Origin: Psilocybe cubensis
Taxonomy: Eukaryota
Assembly: GCA_017499595.2 (NCBI GenBank)
Contig: CM038999.1
Coordinates: 3,410,001-3,474,000, forward strand
DNA length: 64,000 nt
Direction of reading: 5' to 3'
The notes below the pieces were generated by a model. The model did no database searches, had not been told where the DNA came from, and was given only the letters and a program-made list of their open reading frames with translations. Made by a program: the position numbers and the translations under genes. This document shows positions 1 through 11,674 of the stretch, in pieces; the stretch's first letter is position 1, and each line of letters starts with the position of its first letter.

Positions 1-431
1 TGTTCAAGTGGTTTAATCGCTCTAATGATCAAAATTGTCTTCACTGGTGCGGTGACCTGCAACGCAGCAACCCTCAGTTAAATGAAATCCTCAGTCTAAA
101 TGGTTAGACTCCTTGCAGTTCGTCCCTATAAATTGTATCACATCGCCTCCTACGTACTTGGATTTGTATCTAAAGTTGGCCTTGTGGTTGTTCGCTTGTT
201 GACACTTGCACACCAATTGAATCTTCTTTTTCAAAAGTAACGTTGTTTGGGCATGCCAGTGCGAAGAACAGGCTGCGCAATATCTTGAAGAAGCCGTTCT
301 CCGTTTTGTCATTATGATTTATGAAGAGACGTTTTGGATATAAAGGTGCACACTTTGATTTCTAGTTCAATATTCCTCGACCACACCTGATCGGTGTCCC
401 TTGTTTTTTGTTGGCATTTTTTGTGATTTTG

Positions 432-714
432 ATGGCCAATTTTCCTGTACCAGTGGGAGGCATAGTATACCCATCGGACTTTGTGCCTTCGCTTGTTTTC
501 ATTGCACTTTATGCCTTTTTGCTCCCTCTTATGTTATACCGAATGCTTAACAGGAGGTCTCGGACAATACTGCTGATAGCAGCGTCTTTCAGCTGCGTGG
601 AGCGGTAGGAGATGTCTTGACCTAACAGCTAGAAAATAACTGACACTCTGTAATGATCCAGAATGGCCGTATTCGTCATACGGGCAATACAGTCGCGCAA
701 TGAGGCGCAACGTT
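432..714 (+). pseudogene. 5' part of a multi-pass membrane protein gene (possibly RTA1-like) interrupted by the transposon
   Basis: ATG at 432, hydrophobic exon 1 (432-604), GT-AG intron 605-661, then exon 2 (MAVFVIRAIQSRNEAQR) cut at 714. The frame resumes at 16080 (FRVGLVRYTQVTLSMGY). Confidence 0.8.
708..714. other. Left target-site duplication CAACGTT (GCAACGTT if 8 bp)
   Basis: The same sequence follows the right TIR at 16073-16079 (16072-16079 if 8 bp). Removing the element and one copy restores the host reading frame. Confidence 0.9.
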
Positions 715-1018
715 CACATAAGACAGTTTATTTATAACGTACATTACCTAAGATTTAATAATAAGGATATTACGTGAGACACGGTGGATTTACTCCCGCT
801 ACCTAATTAGGAGATTAGCGTGATGTACGTGTGATTTATCCTGGCAAATCATAGCGTACATGACGTGCCATTTAGCACTAAATGGAGCCGCCGGGTGGCA
901 TGCGGGATCCGCGTGTCGGGCTGCACGGGAAAAACACGGGCCGCAAATGAACCGGACGGGTCCATCTACATCCCGTGTATTGCAAGCAGACGGATCCGTT
1001 TTGACCCGTGTTGTGCTG
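715..1018 (+). repeat. Left terminal inverted repeat (304 bp)
   Basis: CACATAAGACAG...TTGTGCTG is the reverse complement of 15769-16072. One mismatch was seen (895 vs 15892). Confidence 0.95.
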
Positions 1019-1159
1019 AGACGGGTCCATTCATCCACCCGCTTCTGTATTCCGACAAATATCCGCCTTGAAGAATCATACATCGGATGACCGTTAATAT
1101 ATGTAATAAGGTGTATAGATTATACTGGCAGCACATTCCTTTCCACATACCCTGATAGC

Positions 1160-2439
1160 ATGGATTATGCCTTTGAGCTAACCCAATCCCTCTCAAACTA
1201 CATGAAGGCACAAATAGCTAGTCGTCTTTGGCATGCAGAACTGCCTAATCAAATCCGGGAAAACTTCAGTGCTGAGACCATGTTTGAGTGCAATCTAGCT
1301 GTGGAGGTGATTTTGCAGGCATTTGAAAATCAAGGTATGCAATCAATAAGCTTTGAAAATTGAGATTAAATAATGTGTGAATGGCAGAATATACGACGTG
1401 GGATGCAGAAGAATATTTGACTCATCTCAGTGCACGTTGCACGGGTCAGAATTTTACCGTTGAGGCTCGCCTGAAAGACAAGTTTTCTCCAGTGCATTCC
1501 GCGTTACAGTACCAAACCCTGCCCGGAACTGTGGTCGATAGTGCAGGCAACATATTGGTGTAGTACCTGCCAGGTATTTTGTCAGAGACAAGGGTGGTGA
1601 GTTTTAGAAACAGACCAATTAATTCATATATTATGCTTTCTAAAGAGTAACAGGAGAGTGTGTGGAATTCATTACGGGATATTGAAACAATGATTCACAA
1701 GGCGGTACCTTTGGCCACAAGCTGGAGGGTCAATGACAGTTACTTTCAACATGAGCCAGGTTGGGTTCAACCTGGAAATATTAACTTCTCCCCGGCATGG
1801 TTTCAGCAAGGCCATGAGGTGAGAAACTTGTATGCTAATTATTATACTGCCTCATATTTTCCTCAGACGTCCAACCCGCTTGAGGTCTCCTTGGACTTGT
1901 GTAATCCAATTGGACAGGAGTTTATACGAGACACGACGACATCTTCGGCTTTGCTGGGAGCCATCTTGAGCATTATACATCCCGAGCAGTACCGGGCGGG
2001 AATGAAATTTCTTCAACGGCTTGCTGCGGAACCGGAGCTTGTCCATAAGGCTGAAATATTGAAGCAAATTCTCACAATTTGGAGTTCGCCCTTTGGAGTC
2101 ATGACCGTGATCAGCAACCGAGATACACCATACCATCGGGATAATGGGTCGTGCTACTCATGGTACGATTTTTTGATGCCACTTGGGAAGGGTAAACACG
2201 GACGGCTTGAGCTTCCGGGCCTTGGACTTCGGTACAAGTATGATCCCATGACCCTTGTTGCAATTACCGGCAGGTTGCTTCAACACGGCGCGGTGTGCGA
2301 TGGAGACAGGGCAGTCATAGTCTATTACATGCGTAGGACTGTATTTGAAGAGCTGGGAGTCCAAGAGGCGGGATGGTCTACTACGTACGATCTTTTTGCA
2401 AATTTACCGGCCACCAACGCTTTTGATTTTGAAATATGA
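1160..2439 (+). pseudogene. TET/JBP-family 2-oxoglutarate/Fe(II) dioxygenase with an in-frame stop
   Basis: Predicted exons 1160-1334, 1388-1596, 1654-1818 and 1867-2439. HxD motif TPYHRD (2134-2142), distal His in LLQHG, and Arg in DRAVIVYY. TAG at 1561-1563 in GNILV*YLPGIL. Linkage to a KDZ transposase matches known fungal TET/JBP genes. Confidence 0.85.
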
Positions 2440-2533
2440 TCAGTTTTTGACTTGGAAGTTGGGTTTGGGGAAGATTTTTTTATATTTCCAAACCAAAACA
2501 GTACGAAAGCTACAGCACAACCAGAATTCTCTG

Positions 2534-2802
2534 TCCCAGGGTGTTTCCGACGCGTCCGCGCTGAGCTCTTCCAAGGTTACCGGAATCATCGGACTCCGCC
2601 GTCGTATTACCGGCGGAAAAGGCATCATCCGCCTCCTCTTCGATGTCCTGTGCGAGAGGTGGGCAACTAAGATTCCTCATCCCAGGGTGTTTCCGACACG
2701 TCCTCGCTAAGCTCTTCCGAGTTACCGGAAGCATCTGACTCCTCCGTCGTATCACCGGCGGAAGACTCCTCATCCGCCTCCTCTTCAAAGTCCTGTGCGA
2801 GA
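2534..2802. repeat. Imperfect direct duplication (~123 bp x2) of the 3' end of the 4291-2667 gene
   Basis: 2534-2657 and 2680-2802 both read TCCCAGGGTGTTTCCGAC...GTCCTGTGCGAGA, with scattered substitutions and an indel. Confidence 0.85.
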
Positions 2803-4291
2803 TGCTCTAAAAACGTAGCTGGTGTAGAGGATTCAGTGGTATCGGACGTACTATCAATATCATCCTCTTCTCCCGGGAAAACAGGTCTTGACCTTGCGTT
2901 AAAAAGGAAGGCATTGCTGGTGTGTGCATTTGACGGAGGGCTGACGGAACCGGGCGTAGGCAGAGTATCTGTTGGGAGATGAATATTTGCAGTGTTGGAG
3001 GACGGCGAATGATACCAGAGTGGATGAAAAGGTAGTTCCTTGACGGCAATAAAAGAATAAAAAATGTCGTTGATGTAAAATGAAGCGACTTTGAGCTTTG
3101 AGACCTCGAAGGACCGGGCTTGAGCCGTTATAGCGCCCCAACTGTCAGGAGAAGGGTGAACGGGATGCTGAAATTTGTATTTGGCTGAAAGCCCCTTGCC
3201 GTTAGAGAACGGGAGCTCCTTAGAGTCAATCCACATCTTCTCCAATACAGAATATCTGCCCAAGGCAGCCGAAGAAGTAGTCACTGCTTTATGGGCATTC
3301 TTCATTTTGTCCGCCACATTCCGGCGCAGGTGAGCCAACTCCCTCATTACGCCCGTTAGGATAGGCTGACCGCAGCGGGGACAGTAGGGCGGTCTGTGGT
3401 CAGAAATTGCAATTGGGGATGTTTCATCCCGCGTGTTTGCAACACGGGTCGGCGGATTGGGTTTCCCCGTGGGCGGTGAAAACGCGGAGCCGTGCTTTCC
3501 CGTCAACGCGGATCCGTGCTTCCCCGAGGTGGGGACGGATGTCCGTTCAGCCGCCTTTCCCTTGCCCTTGGGATTGTTTTCTTGATTTCTTGGAGGCCCA
3601 GAGGTGGATGAACTTGCGCCCTCCTTAGCTTCTTTCCTCTGATTATTTAGCCGGAGTACCTCTTGTTGGTATTCAGGCAGAACCACCTGGTGGGAAGGAC
3701 GCAAATCAGATATAATCCACAGCAATAAAAAAACATACCTTGTTCCAAAATTCTCTTGCTTGCGATTCAACGGTAACAAAGGCAACTTGCCACTCATCGC
3801 CTTCAGCAAATCCGTCCCTCCACCAATATCCCCAGCTCTTGGTCTGATTTAAAATTTCATCATCTTCCCATGCTGACCAGCTTTGATTTAGAGATTCAAA
3901 TAGAACAGCTCGATGGTGGAGAGTTCGGTTCAAAACGGCATGTACGCTCTGATTGAGAATTTCTGATATAAAAAATGGAATATCGACTTGGAATCCATTG
4001 ACATAGCAGTATCCGAGTACTCTCAGCAGTATAGCCTATCGAGCAGTTCTCAATGCAAGATATAATAGTTCAAAATTACTGTCTTACCACCTCTAGGTCA
4101 AGCAAATACATCCATTTTTGGCGACGCACGGAGGAAACAGAGTCTCCGTTTGCAATGAACAAACGGTATCCGGCACGGATCCGTGCACCACAAATATGGA
4201 CATGAACTTTGGCCAGAGCACGTCGCTCATCATAGGTAAGGAGATGATGTTTGTCCTCGACAGGAGGTTTAAAAAGCCGCGGTAAGTGCAT
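2667..4291 (-). CDS. Transposon cargo protein of unknown function (Trp-rich helical N-terminus, CPRC motif, acidic tail)
   Basis: Three-exon model, approximately 4291-4088, 4035-3739 and 3686-2667, with GT-AG introns and no stop seen. The start codon is uncertain. Confidence 0.65.
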
Positions 4292-4335
4292 GAATTCAAC
4301 AAGATGAGATACAACAAGAATGTTCAAAGAACTGG

Positions 4336-7300
4336 TTAATCTGTAATTATAAATCTCCACACGGACGGATACTCCGGGTTAATTTGACGGAAGACCTTAT
4401 CCGCGGCCCGCCCCAGATCATTCCACATGGCAATCTGCTTTTGAGCATTTGCCCTGTGACCAACTAACCTGTCAGGAACAAAATCATGCCGTGCACGCCA
4501 TGTCTTTGCCATATACACATAAAATCTGACAGTCCATTCCATTTCCTTTTTTGTCAAAGCCAGCTCCTCTTGCCATCTATTTCTCTGAGCTCGCGCGCGG
4601 AGCCAGTTTAGCCTGAAGACTAAGAAACCTTTGAGAAAAAAATTAGAAATACAAATGGCAGTACTCACACTCATTAACGTATAATTGATTATCATTGTCC
4701 AGGCCCTGACGGGATCTCCAAATCCAACTTAGACGGTCCGAGCTTCCTCCGCAAATGTTCGGATCCGACACGGCATTACTATGCTTGCAATCATGGACTT
4801 GCAGAATGGGATATTGTTTCCGAATATTATCCTCGTCTCGCACGCCAGCAGATAAATAGATCATCTTCTGACGGTTTGTGTTGTAGAGTCGCCGGTGCAA
4901 TTTCCAGGAAGCATTCAAAAGCTTGACGCCATCCCAAGCACGAGTCCCCATATAGACGGAGTCGGCGGTCCGAACCTGATATTTATACTGCCAAGAAAGC
5001 TGGATCAAGGCTGACCGGACCGCTTCCAGACAGTCCTCTGCGTGGCCATGTCTTATTTGAAGTTCAAGTTTGCGAAGCCCTTTTAAAATGAGGTTTGTTC
5101 CCGCGTCAAGGCCGTCAAAGAAATCTTGTTTGACGGTGGAGGGAAACGGAAGCGGCTGTCGTTCCGGATCCGCGCGGGTAATGTTGACATTTCCAAGATC
5201 AGGATCGTCGTTGTCACTGACTTCATAGTCAAGTATGGGAGCGATGTCCCCTTGAATATCCTCCAAGACATCTTCGCCCATGAAGGTCATAGCGGATCGA
5301 CAGAAGGCTTCAACGCGGGTCCGCATGGAGCGACGTTTATTGACCAAGTCAAGTTTCTGCGCGGTGGAAGGATGCTTTCCGAGCTTTCTGACATGGTCCC
5401 TGAGCTCCAATCTAAAAACATGTTAAATTCTGTAGGATGCAATTGAAATAATCGTACTGCGCTTGCTCCAGTTTTAAGCCGGATGATATCCATGCTGCCT
5501 TTCCAGTAGCACCATTAGATGTAAGTTCCATATTTGAAAGATGCAATTCAATTTCTTGGCGTCCAGCAGCCGTTTTCACTTTGCTTGCCATTACCTTGCC
5601 AACAGCGTCGGCCACACCTTGTTCTCGGTCCGCTTCTGCTTTTGAAATTTCATCTTCCCAAGTGTTGATGAGCCCGGAATCTTGTTGATCCGTGATACCC
5701 CTATAAAATTGGTCTGTGATTCCAGACTGTTCCCGTGCCCGTTTGAACTTTGCAGCAATTGTTGCAGCCATATTAATGGTCTTCTTCCAGTTGGAATCCC
5801 CCATGTGGTCGTCCAAAACCTCTGCTCGATGGGCAGTGGTAGCGGAACGTGTACTCCGGGATGTGTCATTTAACACGGACCACAACGGCTCCAGGATTTC
5901 TCCGTCAATGATTCCCACACCCGGGACATAGGTGGATGCATAATTGTAAAGACATTCCGTCTTGTGCCCGTGGACGTGAAATAAACCAATTGCAAAAATC
6001 ATTTTAACAGAAGGTGGCCAATGCATTTTTGTGGACTCTGAGAGACGCCTTGCCAAGTTAACGCAATATTGACAGTTTATATCGTAGATTTCCAAATGTT
6101 TTGTGATTCCCTGTGTGTTGGTAGTTTCCCTGGCCTGAGTCAAAGACCAATCCATGTGCATCTGCTTTTCACCTTTGTCAAAATCAACAACGCTGGATGG
6201 ACAGAAGCATCCGTGCCTAGCGCAAGCGTGTGCCCCAATTCCACGTACTCTCTTACCCGGGCTGACTCTGTTTTCAGCTTTCTGGGCGTGGTAGTTATGA
6301 CATGTTTGTTCCTGATATTTTTTGACACGGAAAGTAAGCATCCGCCGTAGAAGATTTTGACACGGAGCGTAAGCATCCGCCGTGAAAGATAAATCATGGT
6401 AGATAACGCACCCGTTTATAACGTGGAGCAAGAGAAATTGCTTCCTTAATGTGCTCCTTGTAAGGGCCCGGAGCAGTCATGTATCCTTCTCCAACGCTCA
6501 ACCAAACATTGTCTCCCTCGTTTTTCTGATTGAGGTGATCTGCTTTGAAATTACCATCTGCAACATAACTACATATGTACAGATTGCTACTTGCTGTTAA
6601 TTGCAGTCACCCTTGAAGAATAACTAAAACTTGCCTATCAGCATCATCAATCCAGGTATCAGGTAGGTTTATTCCAGGCTGTGGACAGGCGGGGCAGAAT
6701 AAGGCCAACTTCCCTCTCCTATCTTCAACTTCGGGATGATCCTCGGTCCGCGTCATTTGTGGTACAGGCGGACCATCTAATCCGCCGTGTCCCAGAGACG
6801 GGTCCGTTGACATTCCGACTTCTTGAGACGGACTATCAGATCCGCCGTCAATTGGATTAGATACATTAATACCCATCCTCTCTGGTGATGAATCATGGCA
6901 ATGACGATAGTAAGGGACCACCACTTCTCTTGTATGCCCTTCTCCGTATTGTCGTCTCAGGACAAGGTCCCTGTATTCTCTACTAAGCCTTCTCAATTCA
7001 CGATAGCGGTTCAGCACCTTTTTTGGAAACGCTGGCGAAGTCAGTCTTCGCAACTTTTGGTAATACTGATAAGCCGACGTTTTGCACTCGAGGTTGTCCA
7101 TCCGAAAGTCCTCAAGGACCTCAACTGTGAACACAGTTTGAACGTTTTCAAAGCTGGCTGCAAATAATCCCATCTCCAGATACTGTAAATCGATAGACGG
7201 AAGGCGGACGGACCGGCATGTGCATGTTCGCACGGGCAGATAATGGACTCTGGAGGTGTGCACAATTGCCTTGAAAGGAATTCCATTGTTGTCTGCTGCC

Positions 7301-8219
7301 TTTGGACGAGGTTGGTCCAGATAGGTTGTATCGACTTCCTCGAATAGATCATCGTCTTCATCGTCTCCATCGTCCAGCTCAACCAAATGGGGTACCTCCG
7401 GGTCCGCCAGAAGCTGAGCCGTAAAGGATTCTTGGTCATTGCTCGCAGGAAGCGGATCCAGGTCCAATCCGTGTTCATCTTCAAAGACGGGCGAATTGTT
7501 TCCGCCGTGCCCATGACTCCCGGATGAATTGTTTCCGCCGTCCCATCCTAGGTGGCTCGGATCCGTGGGATAAGGACAACGTTTCCCATTATGACCCAAA
7601 TACAACTTGACACCCACTTCCCACAGAGCTCCCGGACGGAAATATAGACCCGTCCACTTCTCAACGCGGTGGAAAGGTGTAAATTGATGGTTTCTTCGCA
7701 GGCATTCAGAACACAAAATTCTAGAGCCAAAGCATTGGCAACATCTCCACACTCCAGACATTCCTTGACATTGCTGACACTGTCCATTCAGATCCGGATC
7801 CGGGGCTTCTCCTCCAATCATTGTTCCAAGATACACCTCTCGTTTCGGGAGCCATTCCCTCAGGTAATCATTTTGAGACTGGATAGGTAAAGTCATCCTG
7901 ATCATTCTACTGAAAACATGTTAAAACATACCTTTCCTCCCGTTCTGTCGTCATCTAGCTGTCTCAGGTTATCAAGTACCTGCTGATCAGTTAGATCTCC
8001 CGGATAATGAGGTATTTCTTCTTCCAGAATGTTGTGTTCATGGTTTTGGAAAGAGTAAGTCGTTGTTTGAGGGAGGTTTGTTGATGATGATTCTGCAGGA
8101 AGTTTGTGGATCCTCGGCCGCCCTCTCTTTCGTTTCTTGGCCCCACTAGACCAGGAGGCCTCCCGAACATTGGGAAACTCCTCATCCGATCCCCTATCAG
8201 GTACTTTCTTGAAGCCCAT
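4336..8219 (-). CDS. KDZ-family transposase with an N-terminal Cys cluster and CxC2 domain
   Basis: Six-exon model. Motifs: KRGRPR (AT-hook-like), CQQC/CCQC/CSEC..H, HRVEKWTG, CTC, CPACPQPGINLP, DGNFK, CARHGCF, GEKQ, YDINCQY, HVHGH and DGEILEPLW. One intron needs a GC donor (~6634). No stop or frameshift was seen. Confidence 0.9.
6320..6389. repeat. 35-bp tandem duplication within a transposase intron
   Basis: TTTTGACACGGAAAGTAAGCATCCGCCGTAGAAGA followed by TTTTGACACGGAGCGTAAGCATCCGCCGTGAAAGA, inside intron 6312-6411. Confidence 0.9.
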
Positions 8220-9099
8220 GGATGTTGGAAACAAAGAGTCTGACAGCCTGTGAGTGCAGATCTAAATGTAGTATAACATGTTCATTTCTGTAGATAAATT
8301 TCCCTCAATTATGCCGTTTTAAAGAGGAGAAAAATAGCTTTCATATGACTTATCTTGCAGCATATTTGGATGAGTGAGTGAAATGTTATGAACAAAACTT
8401 AATCCAGAGATGCACAAAATGGACGTGATCCCATCATAAATGTACAATATGATGCAGAACGACCCTTTCAGAACCACACTTTGGAGTGTTTTTGAAATAT
8501 CTTTTCACTGGCTGGCCCCTCATTCCTCCGGCATATATCATATGAAAGATATTTTTAATAGCTACCGAATGACATTTTTTGTAGAATGTGAATCCTTGTA
8601 TTTAAGGAGATATTCTCAATATACTAGAAAATGTGTCAAAATGAGCTCACTGGGATCATTATATTTTTTGAAAAAAAATTATGCATTTGAATACCTCTCA
8701 TGGTCTCTGAGATAACTGCCGTTTTGGGTTTCACAAGTTTTGGGTGAGAAGACGTGAATTTGCATTTTGTGTTTCTGTATCTTTACAGCCATCTGACAAG
8801 AATTTAAAACCTTGTAAAATTATCTTTATATAAAGCGCTAAATGTTTACAAAATTCCATGTTTATTGATTGAATGCAGAGGGAACTATTGCAAAATCATG
8901 AGGTCAATGTATGTGACAGCGACCAGCATGCTTTGATCATCGTGGCCGACGATGAAGCGGGATTACCTGATTGGGAAAAATATGACATCACATCATTTAT
9001 TTAGTATGATCGGAAGCTTATTTTATCTCCGTATGACGTGAGATTTGACCAGATCACACAGATACTCATCGATAAGCTACTTGTTACATCACTGCAATT

Positions 9100-11410
9100 A
9101 TGCCCACCAATGCATCCCCCGACGCGGATCCGCTTCCTTCTACCGCAAATGCCACAACCCACAACGGACCCAGAAACGGACAGACGGCGGAGGGTGACTT
9201 TCCGCCGGAAGAATCAAATATTTGGACAACAAAGGAAATGCGCGTGTTGAAAAAGCATGTACAGCCCTACAAAGATACATCAAAGTCATCCAAAGCAGAC
9301 TACATACAGAACACTGTCATACCTGAGCTGCAAGCTACATGGGATCACAGATACTCTAGACGTGCTAGGAAGGAAGATAAGCAACTACACAAAGAATGGA
9401 AGGTGAAGAAGCATGTGAGCTCGTTGTTTCTTTGAAAATTTTGTTACACACATAAACCATCACAATAGCGAATATTTAATTGGTTTAGAAACCATGCGTC
9501 AAATCGAATTGGTGTAAAATTGGAAGGATTGAACTCCCGTATAACCTTTCAGACGGTATTCCGTGAGGAGAAGTTGGCAGAGATTGACTCCGAGGTTGCG
9601 CTTCTATCAGGGAATGCTGCTCGTGGAAGTAAAGATTGGATGAAGTTTTATCAACAAGGACGTAAGCAGGTTGAGGCCAGATTGACTCAGGAGGAGCGGG
9701 ACAGGTTCATGGAGATCCTCGAGGAATGGAATAAGAAAGGTGTTTCAAAATCAATGAAGGCAAAGTGAGTCGGTGGAACTTGTTTCCGCCGTCAATCTGA
9801 CATCTGCAGGACTGCTGCCAGGCAAGGCAGAAAAATACTTTGACAAATGGAGAAACTTAAGTGGCAGAGAATGGGTATGAGGTCCATTACCTTTGAGGGG
9901 CATTATGATATTGAGGGTAAAATCGAATACTCAATGTAAGTGTTAAACACGGCATGAACAAGTTCCGCCGTGAATGCTTACGGCGGAAACTTTATCCGCC
10001 GTAAACACCCTACGGCGGATAAAGTTTCCGCCGTAAGCATTCGCGGCGGAATAATTTGGCCCGTATTAATGTTGACTGATGGGCATTGAAGGACCCAGAC
10101 AAGCGATCTAGCACTCGACGATGTCAGAATTCCTTCCTTTGGGCAACTCTTTCCATCCGAGTTGGCCGCTTTTCGCAGAGCGTTTGTTCAATACCTCGTC
10201 CACATTTCAGAAATAGAGAAGGGTGTGGCCAATCCAGCACTGCCAGATGCATCGTTTCATGAAAAATCCCTCAAGTTTAGCAGCAATGGATTTCCAATAG
10301 TACCTAGTCCTATCTATGGCTCAACTGGGAAAGAAGTCGCTTATGCACAAAAGTCAATTATTAGAATTTACATGAACAAGGTTTATGGTGTGTAATTTGT
10401 CTATGTCCTCAACAAACTTGCTAACTATGTATACAGCTTTAGCCAAGGACAGGCCTGGTTCAAGTGTTCCTTGGGATGCTCTTGAAAGGCGTTCTGCAGA
10501 AATGATTGATCCAGAGTATTGGCCAAGTTCAATCCCCGTGACGGATCCAAGCCGGCTCCGCCTGGAGTCAACCTCTGCAATTCTCAAGCTATGGAGGGAC
10601 CGTCAAGCCCAAGGAGACATCCCCTTTAAATTTTCAAAGGTTTTTGGAAATGGCTATGATATTATGGAACCTCTCTATCCGTCCAACTTGTTTGACGGCC
10701 TAGAAGCCCACCCGATACCTCCACCTCCTGCAGCAATAACCAAACGTTGCCTGAGGCAAAAAGCTATACGACTTCAAACCCAATCTTCAAGCAACTCTGA
10801 ATCATCCAATCTGTCAGAGTTTGATAATGGACGGGGCAGTCCGGCATCCGCGATGCCACGCACTACTGCCAGATTTGAAGTCACACCAGAGACGGATGAG
10901 ACTCCTACCGACGCACCTTCAAGATCTAGCGAGCCACCCTCTCTACCAAGTAGATCCAGCCCAACAATTGTCAATCCATCATCCAGCCCAACTCCAGAGG
11001 TTGAGGAGGCGCCTCCCAAGCCAGCTAGAAAGATTATGCCAAGAAAAAGAACAAAGCCATATGTCGGAACGGCGGAAATGGACGGACCCGATGAAGAGAG
11101 TTCTGTACCGGCCCCAGTTAAGCCAAAACCAACTAGAAGGATTCAACCTAGGAAAAAAACAAAGCCCTACTCAGATCCACTTGACACAGTGGAAGAAAGT
11201 GGAGTTCAGACAGGAACAACCCAAGACACGGATAATACACGGGCCGGCAGGGACGTGACTTGTGATGCCTTTGTGGAGACAGTAACAAGTCCAGATACGG
11301 ATGAAACACGGGCCCGCAGGAATGTGACTTCGGATGCCTTAGCACTTCAGGAAGCAAGTCTGCTTGTTGTAGCAGGTAAAAGACAAAGAAAAAAAACTTT
11401 GAAAGCCTAG
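9100..11410 (+). pseudogene. Transposon cargo gene, probable nuclear helical/DNA-binding protein, with an in-frame stop
   Basis: Predicted exons 9100-9414, 9469-9764, 9810-9935, 10092-10387 and 10437-11410. Contains RIFNWFRNH and a basic C-terminus (KRQRKK). TGA at 9841-9843 in RKIL*QMEK. Confidence 0.7.
9963..10051. repeat. Nested inverted repeat: 41-bp arms with a 7-nt loop, inside an intron
   Basis: 9963-10003 and 10011-10051 are reverse complements with one mismatch. They lie in intron 9936-10091. Confidence 0.95.
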
Positions 11411-11674
11411 CTGCTGAAGTAGATTCATAATACCTATTGAATGTGATGCTTTTCATTCTTATCTTGATGTTTCTCAAACATGTTTTCACACAAAATCAAA
11501 ACAGAAAGCGGGTTCATTAAAAATCATCAAGTGCTACTTTTTGGGAGAGATATAAAACAGATGAGCACATGAGAGTAAAAACTATATACAGTCCAAATAT
11601 TAAAAATTGTACAATGCAATCTATGAGACAAGGCAAAAAAGGAGACCAAAAAAAGTTACAAGATTTGAAATACA

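Noticed and set aside
799-1090. Short ORFs in the left TIR, mirrored at 15698-15988
   Set aside because: They are duplicated only because they lie in the TIRs, and they have no domain or splice support.
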